A stretch of DNA of 64,000 nt from Candidatus Nomurabacteria bacterium (GCA_016699085.1 CP064958.1:475181-539180); one strand, 5' to 3'; positions 53,985-63,831 are shown, counted from the first letter of the stretch. Program-made: numbers and translations. Notes: generated by a model from the sequence alone, not told the origin.

Positions 53985-54428
53985 ATGCTAGTATGGTTTT
54001 TTATGGAATATATAAAAACTAAGTATCCGAATGTTAAAGTAAAACGATCCGGTCACGGCGGGCTCGGGCTTTTTGCCGAGGAGTTGATTGAGAAAAATAG
54101 GGACATCATAGAATACGTAGGGGAGATTATTACCGCCAAAGAAGCTGATGAAAGTAAGGGTAAATACTTGTTTGAACTCAATAGTAAGTTTACACTCGAT
54201 GGCAAATCACGCACTAATATTGCTCGCTACATTAATCATTCATGTCTGCCGAATGCCGAAGCTGATGTCATAAAGATGAAGATTATAATTTCAGCCAAGC
54301 GAACAATACTTTCTAGTGAAGAAATCACCTATGATTATGGCAAGGAATATTTTGATGAATTTATTAAGCCACATGGATGTAAGTGTGGTTTCTGCGATGG
54401 TCAGGGCAAGATACGTAGTAAAAAGTAG
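53985..54428 (+). CDS. SET-domain protein (lysine methyltransferase fold) with a post-SET Cys cluster
   Basis: RYINHSCLPNAEAD (NHSCxPN), EEITYDYG (ELxFDY) and CKCGFCDG. Confidence 0.8.
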   Translation: MLVWFFMEYIKTKYPNVKVKRSGHGGLGLFAEELIEKNRDIIEYVGEIITAKEADESKGKYLFELNSKFTLDGKSRTNIARYINHSCLPNAEADVIKMKIIISAKRTILSSEEITYDYGKEYFDEFIKPHGCKCGFCDGQGKIRSKK

Positions 54429-54489
54429 AAAGATATAGCAGGTGCTATATCTTTCTCTGGTTTTTTTCATGACCTCTGTATGACAGTTT

Positions 54490-54654
54490 TTACTTCGCGT
54501 CCCTGGTTGCTTCAGCAAGCTTTTTGGCCGCATTAGCTTCTTCTTGTTTTTGCTTGGCTAATAGCTCTTGAGCTTTAATTTCAGCCTGACGAGCGTCTTC
54601 TGTTTTTTCACGTGCTTGGTCAACGTCTTTTTGTGCTTGTGTTGTATCTGTCAT
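54490..54654 (-). CDS. Possible small coiled-coil protein (54 aa), below the ORF-track cutoff
   Basis: ATG..TAA ORF translating to MTDTTQAQKDVDQAREKTEDARQAEIKAQELLAKQKQEEANAAKKLAEATRDAK. Confidence 0.2.
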   Translation of the reverse strand: MTDTTQAQKDVDQAREKTEDARQAEIKAQELLAKQKQEEANAAKKLAEATRDAK

Positions 54655-54726
54655 AAATGTATATATTACGCTAATAAATCGCCCTGTGACATATACAATT
54701 GACGAATATTAGTCTCATTCGTGACA

Positions 54727-55611
54727 CTAGCGAGTAGTCATGTATTTATCGAGTACATACGTACATGAAGCGCCAATGAAAAATATTTGAGCAGAATAAA
54801 ATAACCAAAGGAGCAGTGCAATAAACGATCCAACGACGCCATACAGAGAAATATTGGCAAAGTGAGCAATAAAAAAACTAATCAATAATTCGCCAAAAAT
54901 AAAAAGTATGGCTGTGACTACAGAGCCACGTAGTATGGCTCCCCATGAGAATTTTTCTTTTGGCACAATGCGATAAATAGCTGCAAAGAAACATGCTAAT
55001 AATAATATTGATAGGATATAGCCAGCGACTTGGTAAGCGGTTAGTGAAATAGCCCCCACAACGACAATTTTACCAAGTATTGAAAAGAAAATGTTTGCTA
55101 GTATTGCTGCAGTAACAAATAAGCCAAGCAGTGGCAATAGTGCAAGTACGAGAAAATGATTTTTTAATTCTTTGAATATGTTTCTTTTGTTATGAGTTTT
55201 TGTAATGACGGTTTTGGTATCCCAAAGTATATCAAGCGACGTATAAAGCGAATTTAAAAGTGCTGTGACACCAAGGATGATAGATACAAAACTAATTGCT
55301 ATACCAACAAATGTTGTATTTGAAGTTGCGGCTGTCATTACACTCGAAATGAATGTGGCTGTTTTTTCTCCAACTGCATGCGTGAGATAGCTAAGGAGAC
55401 TGGCTTCAACGATGGCTTGGTTAAAAAAGAAGCTTGCAAATGAAAGTATGACGATAAAAAGCGGCACTATAGAAAATGCGGCATAGTAGGAAAGTGCTGC
55501 AGACATCCGTCCAGGTTTGTGGCTTGACCAGTGTACGAGAGTTTTTTTTACCAGTTGTTTGTAGTTAAACACTTTTTTATTTGGCGGAGTAATAGTGGTT
55601 ATTGGTTCCAT
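54727..55611 (-). CDS. YihY/BrkB-family membrane protein
   Basis: MSAALSYYAAFSIVPLFIVIL motif region, six TM helices, 294 aa. Confidence 0.75.
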   Translation of the reverse strand: MEPITTITPPNKKVFNYKQLVKKTLVHWSSHKPGRMSAALSYYAAFSIVPLFIVILSFASFFFNQAIVEASLLSYLTHAVGEKTATFISSVMTAATSNTTFVGIAISFVSIILGVTALLNSLYTSLDILWDTKTVITKTHNKRNIFKELKNHFLVLALLPLLGLFVTAAILANIFFSILGKIVVVGAISLTAYQVAGYILSILLLACFFAAIYRIVPKEKFSWGAILRGSVVTAILFIFGELLISFFIAHFANISLYGVVGSFIALLLWLFYSAQIFFIGASCTYVLDKYMTTR

Positions 55612-55655
55612 GTACCAAGGATACGCTATATTATCTTTGTAGACAATATGATTTC

Positions 55656-56402
55656 ATGAGTGCTACACTAAACCCTATGGTTATATTTATTGGCTTTCTG
55701 GCATTTTTGGCGACATACCTTGGCGGGGTATTTGCACTAAAGTTCAAGGATAAATTACATCTTATTTTAGGATTTAGTGCTGGGGCAGTAATAGCGGTTG
55801 CTTTTTTTGATCTGATACCTGAGGCTGTAGAACTGGGGGAGGCATTCTATAGTATCCCAACAATGCTATCGATAACTGCGGTTGGATTTTTTGGGTTTAT
55901 GATTCTTGACCGATTCGTTATATTTCACAGTCATGATGAACATGTACACGAACATGCTGGTTCAACAAAACGTGGACTCTTGGGCGCGGGTAGTCTTTCC
56001 ATTCACAGTTTTCTTGATGGACTTCTTGTCGGTCTCGCTTTTCAAGTTTCAAGTGCGGTGGGGCTCGTTGTTACGAGTGCTGTCTTGGTGCATGATTTCT
56101 CAGATGGTATTAATACAGTTAATCTTATTTTAAAAAACAATGGCAATGTCCAAGAAGCAAAAAAATGGCTCATGATAGATGCACTCGCACCTATTGCTGG
56201 AGTTGTAGCGACACTTTTCTTTACACTTCCGCAAAATATTTTAGGGATTATCTTGGCAGTATTCTCGGGTTTCTTTCTCTATATCGGAGCAAGTGATTTA
56301 TTGCCAGAAAGTCATCACAATCATCCAACAATCTGGACAACGATTGCAACACTTGTTGGTGCTGGGGTACTTTTCAGTGCAATACAAGTGGCAGGCATCT
56401 AA
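55656..56402 (+). CDS. ZIP-family metal (zinc) transporter, ZupT-like
   Basis: His-rich loop HSHDEHVHEHAGS. Conserved HSFLDGL and HDFSDG motifs in the TM helices. Confidence 0.8.
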   Translation: MSATLNPMVIFIGFLAFLATYLGGVFALKFKDKLHLILGFSAGAVIAVAFFDLIPEAVELGEAFYSIPTMLSITAVGFFGFMILDRFVIFHSHDEHVHEHAGSTKRGLLGAGSLSIHSFLDGLLVGLAFQVSSAVGLVVTSAVLVHDFSDGINTVNLILKNNGNVQEAKKWLMIDALAPIAGVVATLFFTLPQNILGIILAVFSGFFLYIGASDLLPESHHNHPTIWTTIATLVGAGVLFSAIQVAGI

Positions 56403-56454
56403 GTGTGAATTTAATAGCTAGAAAATCCTTAGGTAGCTATGCTATGCTCTTTGT

Positions 56455-57408
56455 ATGCAGGAATCAATTATTACAATTAAAAACCTTACGAAATCATTCA
56501 AAGATGTCAATGTACTAACAGGAATTGATCTAGAAGTCGCTTCTGGAACGATGCTGGCCCTTCTTGGGCCTAACGGTGCTGGTAAAACAACCATAGTACG
56601 GATTTTAAGTACGCTTCTCACCCCAGATTCAGGACAAGTACGTATTGCAGGATTTGATGTAGTTGCCGAACCTGACCAGGTTCGCTCCTCAATTGGTCTT
56701 ACGGGTCAGTATGCAGCTGTTGATGAATTTCTAAGTGGGGAAGAGAATTTGATTATGATGGGACGTCTCTACCATCTCTCAAAAGTAGATGCCAAGAAAC
56801 GCGCAGCAGAGTTACTGGCTGAATTTGATCTCGTTGAGGCCAAAGATCGCAGTGCCAAGACATATTCAGGCGGCATGCGACGACGACTTGACCTCGCATT
56901 GTCACTCATCGCGACACCTCCTATCCTTTTTCTTGATGAACCAACGACTGGACTTGATCCACGTAGTCGAATTAAAATTTGGGAAATTATCAAAAAGCTT
57001 TTAGCACAGGGGACAACGATACTTTTGACGACGCAATACCTAGAGGAAGCAGACAAACTGGCGGACAAGATTGCTGTGCTTGATCATGGCAAAATCATAG
57101 CCTACGGCACAGCAGATGAACTCAAGCAGAAGGCTGGCAAAGAGAGACTAGAGATAGTTATAGAAAAAGAAAGTAATTTCAAAGAAGCACTACGGACAGT
57201 TGAAGGTAGTGGTAAGCAGACTAATGAAGATGAACGTCGCATTAGTATTGAAACTGACGGAACAGTTGCGAGTGTTAAAAAAGTACTCGACATACTCGAG
57301 CAATCACATATAGAAGTTGAAACACTGTCATTACACAAACCAACGCTTGATGATGTGTTTTTGAAATTAACTGGTCATGCTGCCGATGTACCTCAAGCAG
57401 AAAAATAA
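56455..57408 (+). CDS. ABC transporter ATP-binding protein (ABC-2/DrrA-like exporter)
   Basis: Walker A GPNGAGKTT, signature YSGGMRRRL, Walker B LFLDEPTTGLD. Confidence 0.85.
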   Translation: MQESIITIKNLTKSFKDVNVLTGIDLEVASGTMLALLGPNGAGKTTIVRILSTLLTPDSGQVRIAGFDVVAEPDQVRSSIGLTGQYAAVDEFLSGEENLIMMGRLYHLSKVDAKKRAAELLAEFDLVEAKDRSAKTYSGGMRRRLDLALSLIATPPILFLDEPTTGLDPRSRIKIWEIIKKLLAQGTTILLTTQYLEEADKLADKIAVLDHGKIIAYGTADELKQKAGKERLEIVIEKESNFKEALRTVEGSGKQTNEDERRISIETDGTVASVKKVLDILEQSHIEVETLSLHKPTLDDVFLKLTGHAADVPQAEK

Positions 57409-57409
57409 T

Positions 57410-58222
57410 ATGTCTACTACAATGATACAAACAAATAAAAAATCTGGTTCTAAGCTATATTTCGCTTTCTCTGATACGAGAGTTTTGGTTGGACGAAGTC
57501 TCAAACATATTTTCAAAAATCTTGATCAATTGCTCTCGATTATTATTTCGCCGATTATGTTCATGCTCTTGTTCCGGTATGTTTTCGGTGGAGCTATTGC
57601 CACAGGGGAGACTACGTACGTAAACTATTTAGTTGCGGGTATTTTAGTGCAGACTGCAGCATTCGGTGCGCTCACGACATCGCTCTCTGTCGCCAATGAT
57701 TTAAAGCAAGGCATCATCGAGCGATTGAAAACATTACCGATCGTGAGCTCGGGTGTTCTGATGGGACACGTTATTGCTGACTTGGTGAGGAATATATTGT
57801 CATCGATCGTTATGATAGGGATTGCGCTTGTTGTTGGTTTTCGGCCAAATGCATCATTTGTTGAATGGCTACAGATTCTCGGTATTCTCCTACTCTTTAC
57901 ATTTGCCATCTCATGGCTCTCAGCTATCATGGGGCTTCTTGCAAAGACAGTTGAGGCAGTGCAATGGCTTGGCTTCGTAGCTATATTCCCGCTAACTTTT
58001 GCATCGAGCGCATTTGTACCGACGACTGGCATGCCCAAAGGGCTTAAATTCTTTGCTGAAAATCAACCAATCACCCATGTCATAGAAGCTATACGCTCAC
58101 TCATGATCGGCACGCCGATAGGCAATCATGGCAAACTCGCAATTGCCTGGTGCGTTGGGTTTATCGTCATTGCAGTTCCACTCGCTTCATATCTCTTTAG
58201 AAAGCATAAAGGAAATAGATAG
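57410..58222 (+). CDS. ABC-2 type transporter permease
   Basis: Six TM helices. Immediately follows the ABC ATPase. Confidence 0.7.
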   Translation: MSTTMIQTNKKSGSKLYFAFSDTRVLVGRSLKHIFKNLDQLLSIIISPIMFMLLFRYVFGGAIATGETTYVNYLVAGILVQTAAFGALTTSLSVANDLKQGIIERLKTLPIVSSGVLMGHVIADLVRNILSSIVMIGIALVVGFRPNASFVEWLQILGILLLFTFAISWLSAIMGLLAKTVEAVQWLGFVAIFPLTFASSAFVPTTGMPKGLKFFAENQPITHVIEAIRSLMIGTPIGNHGKLAIAWCVGFIVIAVPLASYLFRKHKGNR

Positions 58223-58226
58223 TTTT

Positions 58227-59084
58227 TTATATAGCTTCAAATGTATTGCAATCCGATAGACTGCCATTGGTAAAGCCTTTGGTAAACCAAGCAACACGAT
58301 CGAGAGAAGATCCATGTGTCCACGTTTCTGGCCTCACTGCACCAGATTTGCTTTGGATGTTGTCATCTCCAACAGCTGCTGCTGCATCCAAAGCTTCTGT
58401 TATTTCTCCAGGTAAAAATACTCCAGCATCTTTGATTGAATATGCCCATAGGCCTGCAAAACAATCTGCCTGCAGTTCCAATTTAATTGATTGCATGTTA
58501 GCTTCGTCAGGGTTTATTTGCATTTCTTTGTCCATACTCTCTAGAATGCCTAATTCATTTTGGACGTGATGACCTACTTCATGTGCTATGACGTACGCTT
58601 GGGCTACATCACCCGTGTTAGCTCCATAACGCTTTTGGAGTTCATCAAAAAAAGTTTCATCGAGGTAGATAGTTTCATCGAGATTGCAGTAATGCGGTCC
58701 AATCGCAGTATCTGCACCGCCGCAATCTGAGGTGGTGTAATTTCGAAAGAGGACAAGACGTGGGGGAACGTAGGCTACGTTATTTTTAGCAAGTGTACTA
58801 GTCCACATATCATTAGTAGAACCGAGGACAGTTGAAGTAAAGATTTCATACGAATCCGCGCCTTCAAATTTTGAAGTATCAAGCGCACTCGGATTGACCT
58901 GGACGTTTTGCAATACTGACATGACATCAGATACGTTTATGTCACCACCGCTTAAAAGTTTTATAACAATTAGTGCTCCTATGCCGACAATACCGAGGCC
59001 ACCTCCTCCAAATCGAAGCAGCGATCCACTGCCGCGGCGATCGTCTACGTTTCCTCGCGATAGAATTTTATTCCAGTTTGCCAT
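58227..59084 (-). CDS. YpfJ-family putative neutral zinc metallopeptidase
   Basis: HEVGHHVQ (HExxH) and family-typical N-terminus KILSRGNVDDRRG. Confidence 0.75.
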   Translation of the reverse strand: MANWNKILSRGNVDDRRGSGSLLRFGGGGLGIVGIGALIVIKLLSGGDINVSDVMSVLQNVQVNPSALDTSKFEGADSYEIFTSTVLGSTNDMWTSTLAKNNVAYVPPRLVLFRNYTTSDCGGADTAIGPHYCNLDETIYLDETFFDELQKRYGANTGDVAQAYVIAHEVGHHVQNELGILESMDKEMQINPDEANMQSIKLELQADCFAGLWAYSIKDAGVFLPGEITEALDAAAAVGDDNIQSKSGAVRPETWTHGSSLDRVAWFTKGFTNGSLSDCNTFEAI

Positions 59085-59089
59085 AGATA

Positions 59090-59710
59090 TTATTGATTAA
59101 TAATAAGAGTTCGACGAATCTGATCAAATTCTTGGATTAGTGCATCTTTGTCAAATTCTGTGATCGTGCCTGGTTCATAATTTTCAAATGCACCGTAATG
59201 GATAAAGTATTTAACACCTATGCATGGATTTGTCCCTGGAAGAGCATAAACGGTTAGTTCGTAACGGTTGCCTGCAGCTGCGTCACTTATCGTACCAATA
59301 GAATATGTTATACCACTCTCTGTAGCTGTATATATAGTTGCGCCTTCGTACAGAAATAGTTTTGCAGTGCATTCGTTTGTTTGTGGAATTTGTTCAATGA
59401 TAATGGATGAATCTTGACTTAGGTTCGTACCACTTACGATACTTGTTGGGATCTTGAATTCAGTGCCAAAAATTTTATCACCTGTATCGATCGAATCACT
59501 AGAGTACGAAGCATTAACAGTGTACCCCTCAGGATATCGAATTGAGAATCCTTGTTCGCTGTTCTTGTATATTTGCGAAAGATTGCTATCCGTGATTTCT
59601 GTTAATTCATTATTATTTGCATAAGGCTTAGTAGGGACTTGAGTGGCAATCAAGACTGCAACGATACCAAGGCTTATAAGAATACCCAAAAGCATAATAT
59701 ATTTTTTCAT
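59090..59710 (-). CDS. Hypothetical secreted or membrane-anchored protein
   Basis: 206 aa with an N-terminal TM or signal. Confidence 0.45.
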   Translation of the reverse strand: MKKYIMLLGILISLGIVAVLIATQVPTKPYANNNELTEITDSNLSQIYKNSEQGFSIRYPEGYTVNASYSSDSIDTGDKIFGTEFKIPTSIVSGTNLSQDSSIIIEQIPQTNECTAKLFLYEGATIYTATESGITYSIGTISDAAAGNRYELTVYALPGTNPCIGVKYFIHYGAFENYEPGTITEFDKDALIQEFDQIRRTLIINQ

Positions 59711-59740
59711 ATACGTAGTATAAACAACTTCATCTATAAA

Positions 59741-59770
59741 TAAAATCCCGCATCTAGTGCGGGATTTTAT
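59741..59770. terminator. Bidirectional hairpin terminator
   Basis: aaaatcccgcatctagtgcgggatttta. Confidence 0.6.
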
Positions 59771-59895
59771 TATTTCTTCTTTCGTTTTGCTGCTTTCTTG
59801 GCGAGCATGACTTTCTTGACCGCCAATCGCTTCTTGGTCTTATGAGATCGTCGTGATTTTTTCTTTGGACTTAGTGTTGTTCCTCGTTTTGCCAT
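59770..59895 (-). CDS. rpmF: 50S ribosomal protein bL32 (41 aa), absent from the ORF track
   Basis: MAKRGTTLSPKKKSRRSHKTKKRLAVKKVMLAKKAAKRKKK. The K-x-SRRSH-x-x-x-KRL core matches the bL32 signature (SKxRxRRSHxxL). Confidence 0.5.
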   Translation of the reverse strand: MAKRGTTLSPKKKSRRSHKTKKRLAVKKVMLAKKAAKRKKK

Positions 59896-59955
59896 ATATG
59901 ATGTTTATTTAATAAAAGTACCTACAGTATACTCTAAAACATACTAGGTATCAAT

Positions 59956-60462
59956 TTATTTATTATCGAAAGCTTCTTGGAGTTTTGCTATGTCGATTTT
60001 CTTCATAGCAAGCATTGCCTGCATGGCCCTCCTATTAGCTTCACTGTCAGGACTCGTGAAAAATTGTTCCATTGAAGGGCAGACTTGCCAAGAGAACCCC
60101 CATTTGTCCTTGCACCAGCCACATTGACTCTCTTGTCCTTCTTTGGTAAACGCATTCCAATAGTGATCGATCTCTTCTTGAGTTTTACACTCAATCAAAA
60201 ATGACATTGATTCATTGGGTTTGAAAAGTGATCCACCATCGAGACACATAAATGTCTGTCCCTCGAGCGTAAATACTCCGGTGAGGACTTTGCCATCCAT
60301 GCCTGCCATCGGGCCTTCGGTAATGCCAGGAGGATAGTATTTAATCTTCACAACTTCGGACTCAGATTTTTTGCCAGGTGAAGTATTAAAGGTGGCAACG
60401 TAAAAGTCCATTGCTTCTTTTGCATCTTTGTCGAACCATAAAAACGGTGTGATTTTTTGCAT
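59956..60462 (-). CDS. VOC-superfamily protein of the PhnB / 3-demethylubiquinone-9 3-methyltransferase-domain type
   Basis: MQKITPFLWFDKDAKEAMDFYVATF N-terminus is typical of PF06983. Confidence 0.6.
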   Translation of the reverse strand: MQKITPFLWFDKDAKEAMDFYVATFNTSPGKKSESEVVKIKYYPPGITEGPMAGMDGKVLTGVFTLEGQTFMCLDGGSLFKPNESMSFLIECKTQEEIDHYWNAFTKEGQESQCGWCKDKWGFSWQVCPSMEQFFTSPDSEANRRAMQAMLAMKKIDIAKLQEAFDNK

Positions 60463-60548
60463 ATGCTCAGTATACCAAAAACTTGTACGACAATCGTAAA
60501 GTTGACTATAAAAAAATATAGTGTATAATTTTCTCAAATGTTTTTCAT

Positions 60549-61634
60549 ATGTACATAGAAATTTTTCCGACTAAAGACGCATGTCCAGCTGGATGTGTAC
60601 GATGCCCTCTTTCTCGCCGAGTTGGCGCAGAACGGAGTGATCCAGTTGACTCCAATATCCTCACGTCATTTAAAGCCTTGGAAGAAATTCTTTTAAAAAT
60701 CAATCATCCGTATGCGTTTATCTACGCAGGTCCAAGTGCGTCATTGAGTGAACACATCATTAGTCTGGTTCATGAACCACAATTGATAAAGACGCTACGC
60801 TATGCGTTTGATCCAAAAGATACAACCCCATTCGCGAAATTGCTGCAGGAAATAAAGAGTCAAGATACTCATATTCATGGCGCATTGCCTAACCTCGCAC
60901 TTGAGGAACTCGCAGCGACGATTTATCCGAAAGATCCGTACAAGCTTTCTCTCCATGAAAGACGATTTACAACAAATCTATTTCAAATCATGAAAGAGTT
61001 TCACATCCTAGGGAAGAAACCGACCCTTAAAGTCGAGCTCCATGCCAATATGATTAAATTTCAAGAATTTGTAGATCGAATGCAATACTTTGAACGCAAT
61101 GACTACAAAACATTTGATTCCATCGCTAATACTATAATTGAAAAACGAGGAAGTTTTCCTGATCTGATTCAAAAAAATTATTTAGTTACTTCCTGGCTTG
61201 GTCTTGCGTATGAAAGCTCGTTTGTTATAGCTTCCTTTATAAAAGATTACATGAAGTGGTATGTTGAAAATAGAATTATTGCACCGCAAACATATGGTGA
61301 AGAATGGACAAAGCTTATGATTGCAATTCATCAAGGTCAGCAGATCTTGATGGGGGATACTATCGTAAAGAAACCCGGCATCTCTTTTGCACCAGAAGGA
61401 GTAATGATTCAACATTCATCAATCTATGTCACTAATCCAGTCATCTGGATTTCGCATGAGGAATTTAGAGAACTCCTTTGTAAATATGGAACCAGTATTA
61501 AAGGAATCGGTGAAATGTCGAAGTTCATAATTGAAACTAATCTTGAATTTCTTAAAACCCAGCTCAGTTTGCCAGCATTCAAAACTTCAATACACATGTT
61601 CAGAGCTATGCGGCAAGAAAAGAAAGTCGAGTAA
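60549..61634 (+). CDS. Hypothetical protein with an N-terminal CxxxCxxC motif (radical-SAM-like?)
   Basis: DACPAGCVRCPL near the N-terminus. No other radical SAM features can be confirmed by eye. Confidence 0.3.
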   Translation: MYIEIFPTKDACPAGCVRCPLSRRVGAERSDPVDSNILTSFKALEEILLKINHPYAFIYAGPSASLSEHIISLVHEPQLIKTLRYAFDPKDTTPFAKLLQEIKSQDTHIHGALPNLALEELAATIYPKDPYKLSLHERRFTTNLFQIMKEFHILGKKPTLKVELHANMIKFQEFVDRMQYFERNDYKTFDSIANTIIEKRGSFPDLIQKNYLVTSWLGLAYESSFVIASFIKDYMKWYVENRIIAPQTYGEEWTKLMIAIHQGQQILMGDTIVKKPGISFAPEGVMIQHSSIYVTNPVIWISHEEFRELLCKYGTSIKGIGEMSKFIIETNLEFLKTQLSLPAFKTSIHMFRAMRQEKKVE

Positions 61635-61704
61635 ATGTAAAACCCTCCCCCAAAAAGAGGGTTTTTATTTTGTCGAGAAAAATAAATATAGTAGGTATTA
61701 ATAC

Positions 61705-62124
61705 CTACTTATTCACTTTAAACGACTTTCCACTTGCTTTTAGTGCTGTACGGAGTTTCGGAAGAGAACTTGGGCCCATACCATGCAATGTAAGTAATTT
61801 TTCTTCACTCCATTTTGCCAGTTCTGCAATGGTAGTAATGTGAGCATTTGCAAGTGCACGTTGGGCAGGTGCACTTAACATCTTAAAATCAGTTTTCTTT
61901 TTATCAAATAGATTAATTTTATAACATTTGCCTTTCTTGTCGTAGGTAATCCATTCTCCAACTTGTTTACCCATAACAAAATTTCCGGATCGCATTCTCG
62001 TACCATCCTTACGGAACCATTCCCAATACCCGTCGCTTATACCATCAACCATTTTTCCTTTGGCCCGGATACTGCCATCCCGGTGGTAAATCTTATTTTC
62101 TTTTAGATTTTTCTTTCTCCTCAT
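61705..62124 (-). CDS. MORN-repeat protein with a C-terminal helix-hairpin-helix-like tail
   Basis: YHRDGSIRAKGKMVDGISDGYWEWFRKDGTRMRSGNFVMGKQVGEW repeats. C-terminal LHGMGPSSLPKLRTAL. Confidence 0.45.
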   Translation of the reverse strand: MRRKKNLKENKIYHRDGSIRAKGKMVDGISDGYWEWFRKDGTRMRSGNFVMGKQVGEWITYDKKGKCYKINLFDKKKTDFKMLSAPAQRALANAHITTIAELAKWSEEKLLTLHGMGPSSLPKLRTALKASGKSFKVNK

Positions 62125-62461
62125 TATATTTCATCCGCGCCTTAATTAATTTTTTAATAAGGGTGACGGGCAGTTTTTTATCTAATGGGAATTGAACAGT
62201 AGCTTTTGCTGTCTTGTAATCCTTCAATTCTTTTTTGTTCTCTGCAATGATTGGTGGGGGGATATACAACCCAATATGCTTTTTCGCGAATGCAAAATAG
62301 ACTAACTGCTTTTTATAACTATAGTAGGGCATTCCATAGCTAAGACGTTCTTCAGCGGCGGGTGCTACTGTTGTAATGATTTTTCGCAGTTCTTTTAATT
62401 TTTCTCGCGTTTCTTTCGGGGCTAGCCTTACATAAGAATCAACATTTTTTGCTTGAATCAT
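62093..62461 (-). CDS. DUF1801 (YdhG-like) domain protein
   Basis: LSYGMPYYSYKKQLVYFAFAKKHIGLY pattern. Confidence 0.6.
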   Translation of the reverse strand: MIQAKNVDSYVRLAPKETREKLKELRKIITTVAPAAEERLSYGMPYYSYKKQLVYFAFAKKHIGLYIPPPIIAENKKELKDYKTAKATVQFPLDKKLPVTLIKKLIKARMKYNEEKEKSKRK

Positions 62462-62889
62462 ATCTTTTCGACATACGTTTTAAAATTCCCAAGTATTGCT
62501 TGCCAACCACTACGTTGCATGTCGAGTGGATTTTCATTTTCTGGATCAAATGTTTCAATAATTTTTACCCCGGCTGGAGTTTCAATAAATTCAATTTTCA
62601 CATGTCGAGGTATTTCTTCATTTGGGGCTTTGTCCATATCGTACTCAATAAGTTCGTTAGGCACGACATTGGTGTAAGTGCCCATAAAGTCAAAACTAGC
62701 ACTTCCGTCTTTGGCAGCCATTGTTGTTTTAAATGTGCCGCCAATGTGTAGATTATTTTCTGCGCTTGGTGCTTCCCAGTCCTCTGAAGCAAATGCCCAC
62801 TTCGTGATGTGTTCTGGTACAGTCCAATACTCCCAAACTTTTTCTATAGATGCATTGATAGTTATTTCAACGGTAATTTTATCTGACAT
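62458..62889 (-). CDS. SRPBCC-family (AHSA1-like) protein
   Basis: ITINASIEKVWEYWTVPEHITKW is typical of the Aha1/SRPBCC family. Confidence 0.65.
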   Translation of the reverse strand: MSDKITVEITINASIEKVWEYWTVPEHITKWAFASEDWEAPSAENNLHIGGTFKTTMAAKDGSASFDFMGTYTNVVPNELIEYDMDKAPNEEIPRHVKIEFIETPAGVKIIETFDPENENPLDMQRSGWQAILGNFKTYVEKI

Positions 62890-62894
62890 GTTAG

Positions 62895-63287
62895 TTATGA
62901 AATTTTAGGTAGATCACTTACAAATACTGGGTGAAGTTTGTGGTATGAGATGTACGAGAGTACAAGGACAACAAGTGCAATAACAGGTAAAGCAAGTGCG
63001 CTGGAAAAGCCGCCAACGATCCAAATGCTTATAAATGCACAGAGGAAGTCAATACCAAACCCAGCATATGCCCATTCTTTCACACGAGGAGGGACTTGAG
63101 GAATAATAAGGGCAAGTGAACCGAGGACTTTGAATACAACAATGACTGTCACGAAATATATCGGATAACCCAAACTAGCGATACCCGTGATAGACATTTC
63201 ACTATGTCCGGTAAATGCTGACATGACACCTTCTAATAAAAAGATAAGCCCTGTGGTCACCCAAAAAATGATTTTATATTTTTTCAT
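62895..63287 (-). CDS. DoxX-family membrane protein
   Basis: 130 aa, four TM helices, DoxX-like N-terminus. Confidence 0.5.
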   Translation of the reverse strand: MKKYKIIFWVTTGLIFLLEGVMSAFTGHSEMSITGIASLGYPIYFVTVIVVFKVLGSLALIIPQVPPRVKEWAYAGFGIDFLCAFISIWIVGGFSSALALPVIALVVLVLSYISYHKLHPVFVSDLPKIS

Positions 63288-63387
63288 TTCTCTATAGTAC
63301 CCCAGAATAATCTTTTGACAAACAAATATGAAGTAAGTGGACTCTCAACACTGCACAAGAAAGATTTAGGGAGTATACTTAGAATAT

Positions 63388-63831
63388 ATGAAATTACAAA
63401 AACCAGCATTTTTAATATTGCGATTGGGGATGGCTTTTATTTTTCTCTGGGCCTTTGCTGATAAATTATTTGGTCTTGGATTCGCCACGACCGCTGACCG
63501 GGCATGGCTTCATGGCGGTTCACCAACGACAGGATTTCTCATGAATGCCACCAAAGGTCCTTTTGCCGAGTTATTTCAATCCTTGGCAGGAGTTGGGATT
63601 GTCGACTGGCTGTTCATGCTTGGACTCCTGTTTGTCGGACTGACACTTGCATTAAACAAATTTGTGAAGTGGGGAAGTGTTGTCGGTTCAGTAATGCTCA
63701 TTTTGATGTACCTTTCAGTATTGCCTCCAGAGAACAATCCGCTCATTGACGATCATATTATCTATATTATTATCCTATATCTTCTTGCTACACGAGCGTC
63801 TTTAGAACAAAATGAAAAAAGCTTATCTTGA
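63388..63831 (+). CDS. DoxX-family membrane protein
   Basis: ILRLGMAFIFLWAFADKL N-terminus, four TM helices. Confidence 0.55.
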   Translation: MKLQKPAFLILRLGMAFIFLWAFADKLFGLGFATTADRAWLHGGSPTTGFLMNATKGPFAELFQSLAGVGIVDWLFMLGLLFVGLTLALNKFVKWGSVVGSVMLILMYLSVLPPENNPLIDDHIIYIIILYLLATRASLEQNEKSLS

